This document shows positions 47,751 through 57,068 of a stretch of 64,000 nucleotides of DNA, piece by piece. The stretch is from Dehalococcoidia bacterium (GTDB taxonomy: Bacteria > Chloroflexota > Dehalococcoidia > Lucifugimonadales > JAGWBF01), in the NCBI GenBank assembly GCA_034422875.1, contig DAOUJI010000098.1, positions 4,431 through 68,430 of the forward strand, in the 5' to 3' direction. Within the stretch, counting starts at the first letter, position 1. Each line of letters begins with the position of its first letter. The position numbers were made by a program, and so were the translations under genes. The notes below the pieces were generated by a model. That model was not told where the DNA came from. It made no database searches and worked only from the letters and a program-made list of their open reading frames with translations.

Positions 47751-49394
47751 ATGAAAGGCAACACGGCCATCGCCAACATCCTTAAGCTGGAAAACACCGA
47801 GTACCTGTTCTGCTATCCCGCTAACCTCCTCATCGAGGAAGCGGCCAAAGCCGACATCGAACCCATCATGTCCCGCACGGAGCGCACCACCGTCAACATG
47901 GCCGACGGCTACAGCCGCATCAGCAATGGCCGCAAGCTTGGAGTGGTCGTCACCCAATCGGGGCCGGGGGCGGAGAACGCCGTGGGAGGCATCGCCCACG
48001 CCCACGCCGAGTCTGTGCCAATCCTGGTGCTGCCGGGAGGAACGCCCAGGGGCTCTGCGGGCCAGCCTCCCGACTTCAGCGCCGTGGACAACTACCGGGG
48101 CGTCACCAAGTGGACGGCCCAAATCAACCAGACCGAACGCATCCCCGAGCTCATGCGCCGGGCCTACACGCAGCTTAAGTCCGGCCGGGGAGGACCTGTG
48201 GCCCTTGAGGTGCCCCAGGACGTGGGAGGGGACGAACTGGACGAGGCCGCCTTCGACTACAGGCCCGTCAAGGCCCTGAGAAGCATGGGAGACCCGGAGG
48301 ATGTGGCAGCAGCGGCCCGCGCCATCCTGTCAGCCAGCAGACCCGTAATATACGCCGGGCAGGGAGTCCTCTGGGCCGAGGCGTCGGACGAGCTGAAGGA
48401 GTTCGCCGAGCTAGTCAACGCCCCGGTCATGACCACCAACCCCGGCAAGAGCGCCTTCCCCGAAAACCACCCCCTCGCTCTGGGCACCGCGGCCCGCACC
48501 ATGACCAGGATGGCCAGGACCTTCATGGAGAAGTCGGACCTCATCTTTGGGATCGGCGCGGGTTTCGCCTCCAATCTGGCCAACGCATCGGTCCCCGCCG
48601 GGAAAACCCTGGTGCAGTGCACCGTCGACGTGACCGACCTGAACAAGCGGCTGCCCCTGGACCACGCCGTCGTAGGAGACGCCAAGCTGGTGCTGCAACA
48701 GCTCATCGAAGAGGTGAAGAAGCAGGCGGGGCCGGACGGCAAGAAGGGCGACGACTCGGTTGCCCAGGAGATAAAGCAGGTCAAGGACGAGTGGCTGGAG
48801 GAGTGGATGCCCCGGCTAACGTCCAACGAGGCGCCCATCAACCCCTACCGGGTCATCTGGGACTTCATGCACACCGTGGACCGCACCAAGACCATCCTGA
48901 CTCACGACTCCGGTCACCCCAGGGACCAGACCATCCCCTTCTACGAGGCCATAGTCCCCAGGGGCTACATCGGCTGGGGCAACTCCAGCCAGTTGGGATA
49001 CTCTATCGGAGTCGCCATGGGGGTGAAGCTAGGGGCCAAGGATAAGACGGTCGCCACCATCATGGGGGACGCCGCCATAGGCATGGCGGGAATGGACATC
49101 GAGACTGCCGCCCGGCACAAGATTCCCATACTCATCATGGTGCTGAACAACCACGTCCTGTCGGGCTACTCGGCCAACTACCCAGTAGCAGCCGAGAAGT
49201 ACGCATTCACCAACCTCTACGGCCAGTACGCCGACCTGGCCAAGGCCCTGGGCTCCTACAGCGAGCGAGTAGAGGACCCAGCCGAGATCGTGCCCTCCAT
49301 CAAGAGGGCACAGGCGGCTATGGACGCGGGCCAACCCGCGCTGCTGGAGTTCATGACCAAGGAGGAGAACACCCTCTCCCACCACACGCGGTAG
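47751..49394 (+). CDS. Thiamine-pyrophosphate-dependent enzyme (acetolactate synthase/sulfoacetaldehyde acetyltransferase-like)
   Basis: ORF 47703..49394. ATG at 47751 is preceded by AAGGAG. TPP-binding motif GDAAIGMAGMDIETAARHKIPILIMVLNN. Confidence 0.85.
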   Translation: MKGNTAIANILKLENTEYLFCYPANLLIEEAAKADIEPIMSRTERTTVNMADGYSRISNGRKLGVVVTQSGPGAENAVGGIAHAHAESVPILVLPGGTPRGSAGQPPDFSAVDNYRGVTKWTAQINQTERIPELMRRAYTQLKSGRGGPVALEVPQDVGGDELDEAAFDYRPVKALRSMGDPEDVAAAARAILSASRPVIYAGQGVLWAEASDELKEFAELVNAPVMTTNPGKSAFPENHPLALGTAARTMTRMARTFMEKSDLIFGIGAGFASNLANASVPAGKTLVQCTVDVTDLNKRLPLDHAVVGDAKLVLQQLIEEVKKQAGPDGKKGDDSVAQEIKQVKDEWLEEWMPRLTSNEAPINPYRVIWDFMHTVDRTKTILTHDSGHPRDQTIPFYEAIVPRGYIGWGNSSQLGYSIGVAMGVKLGAKDKTVATIMGDAAIGMAGMDIETAARHKIPILIMVLNNHVLSGYSANYPVAAEKYAFTNLYGQYADLAKALGSYSERVEDPAEIVPSIKRAQAAMDAGQPALLEFMTKEENTLSHHTR

Positions 49395-49411
49395 GGGCGT
49401 ATTTATCCGTT

Positions 49412-52246
49412 ATGCCGTCCCAACCAGGGAACATGGAGACAGTCCGTGAGGAGGTGGTCAACACTCTTCTTGCTCAGTCGCTCCGTGAGCATGGGCTGTC
49501 GGCAAGGGGAGAACGTCGTAGTCGGCAACACATTCCCGACTTACGGGTCGAGTTGAGAACCAAAGACCTTGTACTGTTGGAGTGCAAGTGGGAAGGGTCA
49601 ACAGGGCCTCTACAAGACCAACTACAAGAACGCTTGACACATTTCCCAACCGCTCTAGCCGTATGTGGCGTACTCTATCCAGACCGGTTACGACACTTCG
49701 AGAACACCAAAGAAGCGCTTGACGCCGCGACAGACCTACAGTGGTGGTTGTACGGCTCCCGCGGTGTAGCTTCATCGGACATCCGCATACGAACAGGGTC
49801 GGTGGCCGAGCTTGCCAACCATCTACGCACCCTTCCTCTGGCACTGGAGGGCATCGACCGAGTCGCGGCGGCGGCTGGCGTCATAGGATACGCCATCGAA
49901 CAGGCGGCTCAAGCAATTGGGGATCACGCCAGAATCTCCCGCCGCATCGCCGACATTATTGCCGACACAGACCAGGAGAAAAATCGCCAAGCCGCACTTC
50001 GCATAGGGTGTTTGGTCCTTTTCAACGCCATCGCATTTCAAGACCGTCTAGCTGCCGCAAACCACGATGTCCCGACTGTCAACGAATCCCAACGAGAAGG
50101 AATCTCGGGACTAAAAGACGCTTGGCGAGATATTTGTAACAACATAGACTACGTGCCTGTCTTCGAGCTAGCAGCAGACATTCTGGACGTGCTTAGTGAT
50201 GGGCCGTCCGAGTTGCATACATCAGTCACCGCTCCTCTTGTCAAAGCTATGGAAGACACCCACAGGCTGGAGGGACACGATCTGTCGGGACGGCTATTCC
50301 ACACCCTGCTAACCGACGCTAAATTCACTGGAGCCTACTACACGTCCGTCCCTGCAGCTACCCTCCTGTCCAGACTGGTGTTCCACAACTGGCCTCCGAA
50401 CATTGATTGGAAGGACCACGAGTTCCCTGCGTCACTTAACGTCGCAGACCTGGCATGCGGCACCGGTACGTTGCTAATGGCCGTGGCTTCCGAAGTCGAA
50501 CGACTGCACACCCATGCGGGAGGTCGACGCGCCGCGGATCTGCATAAAGCTATGGTAGAACAAGCGCTTCATGGTTATGACGTACAGCTTTCGGCTGTTC
50601 ATTTCGCAGCCACCAGCTTGGCCATGCTCAACCCCAACATACAGTTCGACCGAATGAATCTCTACGTGATGCCCATAGGAGCTGACAGTGCCAAAGTGTC
50701 ACTCGGGTCGCTTGATTTCCTTGGGGTTGACGAGGCAGCAGTCCAATTCGCATTATCTGCAGAAGGGATGGGAAGCAACGCACTAAGCGCGACCAGCGCC
50801 GAACAGGTGTCAGGTAGCGGTCCGAAAGGAGCCGAAGAAGGCGTAACAGCCAAGTTGCCGGACTTGGATCTGGCAATTATGAACCCTCCTTTCACACGCT
50901 CGGTAGGCGGCAACCTACTATTCGGCAGCCTGCCTCAGACAGACCGTCGGAAACTTCAGGACGAGCTATCTCGTCGATTGAAGTCACGGCAAGCATCCGC
51001 AACCGCAGGCCTTGGCGCGGCCTTTGTTGCTGCAGCTTCGCCTAAATTGCGGCCGGGCGAAGGACGATTGGCCCTAGTGCTGCCTGCCACCGTTTGCACC
51101 GGGCCATCATGGGAGCAGACTCGCTCTCTTATTGAAAAGGACTTTGTCCTAGACATGGTAATCACGTCCCACGACCCTCTGCGATGGAACTTCTCAGACA
51201 GCACTGACTTGTCCGAAGCCCTGTTAGTAGCAACTCGGCGGCCCGAGATCAACGACACCGTCGACCACCGGACTGTCTTTGTAAATCTCTGGCAAAACCC
51301 GGACGGAGTGTTGGACGCTCACAGAGTTGCCCAAGCGGTCACGTCGACCACTCCGGCTAGACTGGAAGAGGCGGGCACTGCACTACTGGAAGTTGACGGA
51401 CATCACATCGGAGAATTGTTTGCCATCCTGGAATCCAAAGTCGCCGGAACGAAGTGGGCCGGGGTGCAATTCGCTCGCGGTGACATGGTGCGCTCTGCCC
51501 TTAAGCTACTGGATGGCAGCGAAGTCTGGATCCCGGGCGAGACAGAGTCGGCCATCATTCCTTTGTGTCGCCTGGATGAACTTGGAGAAGTAGGACCCGA
51601 TAGACGTGATGTCTGGGATGGATTTGAACGAACAGACGCTGTCACAGCTTATCCGATGGTCGAGAACCACGACACGAACGCAAGAAAGCACTTGACGACC
51701 AATCCCGACAAATACCTGTCCCCACTCTCTCAAGCTCGTCCGGGCCGTCAACTGAAGCGGATCGAACAACTATGGCCAAAGGCAGGGAGACTCTTCATCG
51801 CTGAACGGCTGCGCCTTGATACCACTAGAATTATCGCCATGTGGTCGGAATCCAGAGCTCTGTCCAACGTATGGTGGCCGATCCGAGTCGAAGACAACTC
51901 GGTAGAGAAAGCACTTACCGTTTGGTTGAATTCAAGCTTGGGCTTGCTCACGATTCTGGCACGAAGGACCAGCACTGAGGGCGGATGGGTGGCTATGAAG
52001 AAAGCTGACTTGGAAGAAATGCCAGTCCTCGACGTGCGCCTCCTTGCGGAGTCGCAGCTTCAGAGTCTAACTGACTTGTTCGACTCACTGGCTGAAGAGG
52101 AATTCGAACGGCTGCCTGGAATGGACCATTGCCCGGTGCGACGAGCACTGGACGACGGAATCTCCCAAATTCTCGACCTGCCTGACCTCGCCAACCTTCG
52201 CAGTCTTCTGGCATCCGAACCAGTAGTGTCCAACAGAAGATTATAG
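49412..52246 (+). CDS. Single-chain PD-(D/E)XK nuclease + N6-adenine-type methyltransferase fusion (Type IIG/IIL restriction-modification-like)
   Basis: 944 aa. N-terminal IPDLRVEL...LVLLECKWE (D43, E57, K59; nt 49538-49588). Motif I VADLACGTGTLL (about nt 50445-50480). Motif IV NPPF (nt 50881-50892). Long C-terminal region of unknown fold. Confidence 0.6.
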   Translation: MPSQPGNMETVREEVVNTLLAQSLREHGLSARGERRSRQHIPDLRVELRTKDLVLLECKWEGSTGPLQDQLQERLTHFPTALAVCGVLYPDRLRHFENTKEALDAATDLQWWLYGSRGVASSDIRIRTGSVAELANHLRTLPLALEGIDRVAAAAGVIGYAIEQAAQAIGDHARISRRIADIIADTDQEKNRQAALRIGCLVLFNAIAFQDRLAAANHDVPTVNESQREGISGLKDAWRDICNNIDYVPVFELAADILDVLSDGPSELHTSVTAPLVKAMEDTHRLEGHDLSGRLFHTLLTDAKFTGAYYTSVPAATLLSRLVFHNWPPNIDWKDHEFPASLNVADLACGTGTLLMAVASEVERLHTHAGGRRAADLHKAMVEQALHGYDVQLSAVHFAATSLAMLNPNIQFDRMNLYVMPIGADSAKVSLGSLDFLGVDEAAVQFALSAEGMGSNALSATSAEQVSGSGPKGAEEGVTAKLPDLDLAIMNPPFTRSVGGNLLFGSLPQTDRRKLQDELSRRLKSRQASATAGLGAAFVAAASPKLRPGEGRLALVLPATVCTGPSWEQTRSLIEKDFVLDMVITSHDPLRWNFSDSTDLSEALLVATRRPEINDTVDHRTVFVNLWQNPDGVLDAHRVAQAVTSTTPARLEEAGTALLEVDGHHIGELFAILESKVAGTKWAGVQFARGDMVRSALKLLDGSEVWIPGETESAIIPLCRLDELGEVGPDRRDVWDGFERTDAVTAYPMVENHDTNARKHLTTNPDKYLSPLSQARPGRQLKRIEQLWPKAGRLFIAERLRLDTTRIIAMWSESRALSNVWWPIRVEDNSVEKALTVWLNSSLGLLTILARRTSTEGGWVAMKKADLEEMPVLDVRLLAESQLQSLTDLFDSLAEEEFERLPGMDHCPVRRALDDGISQILDLPDLANLRSLLASEPVVSNRRL

Positions 52247-52327
52247 TGCTCCGTCGCGTTATTACGGGGCATAAGTTGGTATGATTACGTAGAAATTATA
52301 CGACGTAGCTAATATCTAGAAACTTCG

Positions 52328-52552
52328 ATGTCGGATGGAATGACAGAAGAGCGGGTCAGTCACCTCGAAGGGGCGTCCGGGCAGTGGGCTACCAAGGCGG
52401 ACCTCGCTGGATTAGAAACCAGACTGACCAAAGATATCGGCGACTTGAGGGCGGAACTGAAGGGCGACATCAGCAGCGTCATCAAGTGGATGGCCATGCT
52501 GCAACTCGCCGGGTTGGCAGCCATCGCCGCCATCATGGGGTTCCTGGCCTAG
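52328..52552 (+). CDS. Small tail-anchored coiled-coil protein (paralog of 6084..6326)
   Basis: 74 aa. N-terminal EERVSHLEGASGQ (compare EGRVSRLEGAYEQ in the other copy). C-terminal hydrophobic WMAMLQLAGLAAIAAIMGFLA. Confidence 0.55.
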   Translation: MSDGMTEERVSHLEGASGQWATKADLAGLETRLTKDIGDLRAELKGDISSVIKWMAMLQLAGLAAIAAIMGFLA

Positions 52553-52576
52553 AGACACCCCTTTTCTAACTATCCA

Positions 52577-53359
52577 TTAGTCCCAGGCGGACTGGTCCTG
52601 GCCCGAATACTGGCGCATGGTCATGCCGCCGTCGATTACGAGCATGTGCCCTGTGATGTAGTCGGCCTCGTCGGATGACAGAAAGACCACTCCGTTGGCC
52701 TGGTCCAGCGGCTCGGCCACCCGGCCCAGAGGCACCGTTTTCTTGGTGTGCTCGTCTATCCTGGGGCTTTGGAGCCTGGGGTCGATGTTGGTGCGGGTCC
52801 CGCCCGGAGCAATGCAGTTGACGTTGATGCCGTACTTGGCCAGGTCGGCCGCCGCCGCACGGGTCAGCATGTACACTCCGCCTTTGGACGCAGCGTAAGC
52901 AGTCTGGTTTTCAGAGATCACCATGGAGTTGACCGAGGCGGTGTTGACGATTTTCCCCTTGCGTCCCTGGTGTACCATTTGCTTTGCCGCAGCCTGTATG
53001 CCCAGGAAAACGCCCTTCAGGTTCACCGCTATCATGCGGTCCCATTCGTCCTCGGTCTGCTCCAGCACTGAGGCCCAACTAGCGACACCCGCGTTGTTGA
53101 CCATGATGTCCAGACTGCCGTATGTCTCCACGGCGGCGGCCACCAGGCCTTCAACATCGGCCTTCTTGGAGACGTCCGCCGTCACGCCAATGGCCTGGCC
53201 ACCTACGTCGTTTATCTCGTTGACGGTAGCCTGGAGGCCCTCCTCAGACCAGTCCGCCAGGACCAGCCGGGCGCCCTCCTGATTGAAGCGGCGGGACACT
53301 CCCCGGCCTATGCCGCTGCCGGCTCCTGTGACAATAGCTGTCTTGCCCTCAAGTCGCAT
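52577..53359 (-). CDS. SDR family oxidoreductase (classical)
   Basis: ORF 52577..53413 trimmed to the ATG at 53359. TGAGSGIGRG, NNAG and YAASKGG (YxxxK). Confidence 0.88.
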   Translation of the reverse strand: MRLEGKTAIVTGAGSGIGRGVSRRFNQEGARLVLADWSEEGLQATVNEINDVGGQAIGVTADVSKKADVEGLVAAAVETYGSLDIMVNNAGVASWASVLEQTEDEWDRMIAVNLKGVFLGIQAAAKQMVHQGRKGKIVNTASVNSMVISENQTAYAASKGGVYMLTRAAAADLAKYGINVNCIAPGGTRTNIDPRLQSPRIDEHTKKTVPLGRVAEPLDQANGVVFLSSDEADYITGHMLVIDGGMTMRQYSGQDQSAWD

Positions 53360-53388
53360 CCGCTTAACTCCGTAGCTTTGTACCCAGA

Positions 53389-55698
53389 TTACTTGCCCTC
53401 TTTTGACTCCCACACCGCATCCAGAATGGTCCCTGGAGCCATCGGGAGCTTGTGCATCCTGACTCCCGTTGCGTGGTAAACGGCGTTGGCTATGGCTCCC
53501 GGAGGAGGCACTATGGGCACCTCACCGACGCCTCGTGCACCATATGGGTGACCGGGGTTGTGGCACTCGATCATCACCGTCTCAATCATCGGCAGGTCGA
53601 GAGCGGTGGGCATCCGGTAGTCCAGGAAGGACGAGTTGGCCATCTGGCCCTGGTCGTTGAAGTAATACTCCTCGGTGAGCGCCCATCCTATGCCCTGGGA
53701 AGCGCCGCCTTGCATCTGCCCTTCCACATAGCTGGGGTGGATGGCCTTGCCCACATCCTGGAAGGTGGTATAGCGCAGAACGTCCACCTTGCCGGTGTCT
53801 GGGTCCACTTCCACATCCACCATGTGGAGGGCGAAGGAGGGACCTTGTCCGGCGGGACTCAAGCTGGCCCGGCCTACAACGGGTCCTCCCGTGGCATTCA
53901 ACCTTGCCGCCATCTCCTTGAAGGTCATCTTCAGTTCGGGGTCCGACTTGTGAGCGACTAAGCCATCGCTGTAAGTCACGTCATCGGACGAAACGTCCCA
54001 TATACGAGCGGCCCGTTCTAGCATCTGCCGCTTGATGTCGTTGGCCGCTTCGTAGGAGGCCCAGCCGGTCATAAAGGCAACCGAGCTCCCTCCGGTGATT
54101 TTGGTGTATCCGATGGAGTCCGTGTCCCCGACAGTGGGCTTGACATCCTCAGCCGAGATGCCCAGTTCCTCCGCCACGTGCATGGCCGCCACAGCCCGGG
54201 TGCCGCCAATGTCCACGGAGCCTTCAACCAGGCTCACGGTGCCGTCGGAGTTGACGCTGGCCACAGCGCTGGCAGGCCCCGTTGTGTTGCCCCAGAAACC
54301 CACGGCCACTCCCCGGCCCTGGTTGGGTCTGGTGAGGGGAGTCTTGTAGTGGTCGTGCTCCTTGGCCGTCTGGAGGATTTCAGGGTAGCCAGTCATGGGA
54401 AGCTGTGGACCCGTGATACGTCGGGTGCCTTCCTTGGCTCCGTTGAGAACGCGGAACTCTATCGGGTCCATGCCGATTTTCTCGCATATCTGGTCCATCA
54501 CCTGCTCGACAGCAAAGCCCGCGCCGCCCACGCCAGGCGCCCTATACGCCAGCACCTTGGGCATGTTGGTGATAACGTCCAGTCCTTCGGCCCGGGCGTT
54601 CTCCAGGTCGTAGGGCGTGAATACGTTCTGGGTTCCGCCCATGACCGGAGAGCCGGGGTATGCGCCCGCCTGGTATGCCAGGTATGCGTTGGCCGCAGTA
54701 ATCTTGCCTTCGTTGGTGGCGCCTATTTTCACCTTCATGTATGAGCCTGACGTGGGGCCGGATGTTTCGAATACTTCCGTCCGTGAGAGGCTGGCCTTAA
54801 CCGGGCGGCCCGTCTTCCTGGAAAGGATGGCCACCACCGGCTCCAGTATGACGTGGAGCTTAGCCCCGAATCCGCCGCCGATCTCCATAGGGGTCACTTT
54901 CACCTTGGACCGCGGCAGATTCAGGAGTCCCGCCAACTGGTCCCGGATGTTGAAGTGCCCCTGGCTACTGCCCCATACGGTCAGGGAACCGTCGGGACTC
55001 CATTGGGCGGTGGCGCTCTGAGGCTCGATAAATCCCTGGTGCACGGGCTGCGTCTCGAACTCCTGCTCGATGATTATGTCAGCCTCTTTGAATCCCTTCT
55101 CAACGTCGCCAATCTCGTATACGAAGTGGTTGGCCACATTAGTCGATTCGGTGTCATCGGAGTCGTCCCGGAGACCGCCCGGCCTCAGCCCGGGGTTGGA
55201 CAGGTTGGCCAGTCGCTCATGAATTTTAGGTGCGTCTTCCTTCATGGCGTCGCGCACGTTTATTGCGAAGGGAAGGACCTCGTAGTCCACCTCGATGAGC
55301 TTCAGCGCCTCTTCGGCTTCATGGAGGCTGGTGGCGGCCACCGCCGCTACGGCGTGGCCTTTGTAGAGGGCCTTGTCGGAGGCCATAGCCTGGTTGCTCA
55401 GGAATTTCATGTTTATCATGGAGCCTTCGCCCAGGTCGGCCACTTTCCCCGACGGCTGGGGGAAGTCGGCGCCGGTCACCACAGCCTTAACCCCAGGAAG
55501 AGCCAGGGCTTTGCTGGTGTCGATGGACTTGATGCGCGCGTGGGCGTGGGGGCTCCTTAAGACTCTCGCATACAGAAGACCCGGCAGATTGACGTCCGCT
55601 CCGTATCTGGCCCTGCCGGTCACCTTGTCGGGACCGTCGTGCCGCACCGGTCGCGTCCCGATTACTTTGAGGTCTTGCACCTTAGCTTCAGTAGCCAT
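53389..55698 (-). CDS. Xanthine dehydrogenase/aldehyde oxidase/CO-dehydrogenase family molybdopterin-binding large subunit
   Basis: 769 aa. N-terminal ...GTRPVRHDGPDKVTGRARYGAD... and a C-terminal ...GARGVGEVPIVPPPGAIANAV... pattern. Confidence 0.88.
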   Translation of the reverse strand: MATEAKVQDLKVIGTRPVRHDGPDKVTGRARYGADVNLPGLLYARVLRSPHAHARIKSIDTSKALALPGVKAVVTGADFPQPSGKVADLGEGSMINMKFLSNQAMASDKALYKGHAVAAVAATSLHEAEEALKLIEVDYEVLPFAINVRDAMKEDAPKIHERLANLSNPGLRPGGLRDDSDDTESTNVANHFVYEIGDVEKGFKEADIIIEQEFETQPVHQGFIEPQSATAQWSPDGSLTVWGSSQGHFNIRDQLAGLLNLPRSKVKVTPMEIGGGFGAKLHVILEPVVAILSRKTGRPVKASLSRTEVFETSGPTSGSYMKVKIGATNEGKITAANAYLAYQAGAYPGSPVMGGTQNVFTPYDLENARAEGLDVITNMPKVLAYRAPGVGGAGFAVEQVMDQICEKIGMDPIEFRVLNGAKEGTRRITGPQLPMTGYPEILQTAKEHDHYKTPLTRPNQGRGVAVGFWGNTTGPASAVASVNSDGTVSLVEGSVDIGGTRAVAAMHVAEELGISAEDVKPTVGDTDSIGYTKITGGSSVAFMTGWASYEAANDIKRQMLERAARIWDVSSDDVTYSDGLVAHKSDPELKMTFKEMAARLNATGGPVVGRASLSPAGQGPSFALHMVDVEVDPDTGKVDVLRYTTFQDVGKAIHPSYVEGQMQGGASQGIGWALTEEYYFNDQGQMANSSFLDYRMPTALDLPMIETVMIECHNPGHPYGARGVGEVPIVPPPGAIANAVYHATGVRMHKLPMAPGTILDAVWESKEGK

Positions 55699-55810
55699 GT
55701 CGTGTCATACCTCCACAGGAAATCTGGGCCATTTTACCATACCGCATTTCCGTGCGCGCCGTAGCCGTCCCGGGTTGCGCTGGGTGGGACGTGCATATAA
55801 GAGGCCGCCC

Positions 55811-55848
55811 CTAAAAGGAAAGAGCGGCTTGGACCAAGCCGCTCTTTC
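55811..55848 (-). terminator. Intrinsic terminator after the betaine-binding protein gene
   Basis: 13-bp perfect stem GAAAGAGCGGCTT / AAGCCGCTCTTTC (55818-55830 / 55836-55848) with a 5-nt loop. On the minus strand it is followed by CTTTTAG. Confidence 0.7.
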
Positions 55849-55878
55849 GTCCGTTTCGGGCAGTGCAACTAGGGTAAA

Positions 55879-56943
55879 TTAACCCTCATTGGCCAGTGCA
55901 GACCTGACCTTTTCGGCCGCCTCTGGCGTCACCCACTGCGTCCAAATATCGTTGTTCTGCAGGAACCAAATAGCAGCGTCCTGACTTTCAGCATCCGGGT
56001 TGGCGTCAAGCCACTGGAAGATGGACTTGTAGACAGGGACACTGAACTCCCACTTTTGAAGCATCCCTATGACGTCCGGGGCACGTGGAAGCAGGCTCTT
56101 GTTAACGGCCACTAAAACGAGGGAGTCATCAAAGGCGCAAGCCTTGTCAGCCTCCCAGCATTCCATTGAATAGGGAGGTTCTTCCAGGCGGACCAAGTCC
56201 AACTTAAGGGCGGGGTCGCCAGTGCCCCACATGTAGCCGAGCCACGGCTCTTCCCTTTCATAGGCGCCGAATATCTCGGCGAACATCGCGTCCTGAGAGC
56301 CTGGGTTTAAAACGTGGAGGTCGTCAGCAAGTCCATAGGCCTCAATCTGAGCGCGCCCTACCGCCTCGCAGGACCAATCAACAAGACACCCGACTAGGCG
56401 AGCCTTGCCCCGGCTGTCAGGAGTGGAGAAAAGTTCCTGGAATTCGGGCTTCTTCAGGTCCTGGGGAGTTTTGAGGTCAGGATTTGCGTCGGCAATGTAT
56501 TTCGGCACGACGAAGGTGCTCTGCCAGTCTCCCACCAAGCTGGTGCCGACCGACACTACTTCTCCGAGTTGAACAGCTTCTTCCCATCCAAGCGATTGGT
56601 TAGGCAGCCAAATTTCAAGGGTCACGTGGATGTCGCCTGCTACCAGACCCTCAAAATTGGGGAGAGTGCCTCCCAAAACGGCATCGGTCGGATAGCCATA
56701 GCCATGCTCTACAATGTACTGGGCAATCCGGTTCTGGACTTGGGCGCTGGTCCAGTTGAGGTCGGAAAAGACGATAGTCTCTTTAGGCGGTTCGGGAGTG
56801 GCCGTGGGTTGGGGTGTGGCCGTGGGCTCGGCCGGGACGGGTGTTGCCGTAGGGTCTTCGCCCGCGCATCCTACAGCCGCCAACGAGACGATAAATAGGG
56901 CCGCCAGGAGAAAGCCCCACTTTAGAGCTATGAATCGGCGCAT
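55879..56943 (-). CDS. Glycine betaine/proline-type ABC transporter substrate-binding lipoprotein
   Basis: 354 aa. Signal peptide with SLAAVGCAG lipobox and a Pro/Thr-rich linker (PTATPVPAEPTATPQPTATPEPP). OpuAC-like body. Confidence 0.8.
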   Translation of the reverse strand: MRRFIALKWGFLLAALFIVSLAAVGCAGEDPTATPVPAEPTATPQPTATPEPPKETIVFSDLNWTSAQVQNRIAQYIVEHGYGYPTDAVLGGTLPNFEGLVAGDIHVTLEIWLPNQSLGWEEAVQLGEVVSVGTSLVGDWQSTFVVPKYIADANPDLKTPQDLKKPEFQELFSTPDSRGKARLVGCLVDWSCEAVGRAQIEAYGLADDLHVLNPGSQDAMFAEIFGAYEREEPWLGYMWGTGDPALKLDLVRLEEPPYSMECWEADKACAFDDSLVLVAVNKSLLPRAPDVIGMLQKWEFSVPVYKSIFQWLDANPDAESQDAAIWFLQNNDIWTQWVTPEAAEKVRSALANEG

Positions 56944-57068
56944 ATTGTCGACCTCCTAAAATTGTTGCAACCTATTGACTGGGCGCTACTCTTTTACTAG
57001 GTTTCGTCTTGGTTGTCAACTTTGCCGGTGTTTCCTGCCTTGGATTTAGCTCCACCAGACTCAACGCC

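Noticed and set aside
49388-49400. GTAGGGGCG 9-mer at the junction before the nuclease-methyltransferase gene, matching the start of the REP-like unit at 22098
   Set aside because: Only 9 nt match, and the match includes the upstream gene's TAG stop. A 9-mer match in 2 x 64 kb is not far from chance expectation, and no hairpin follows.
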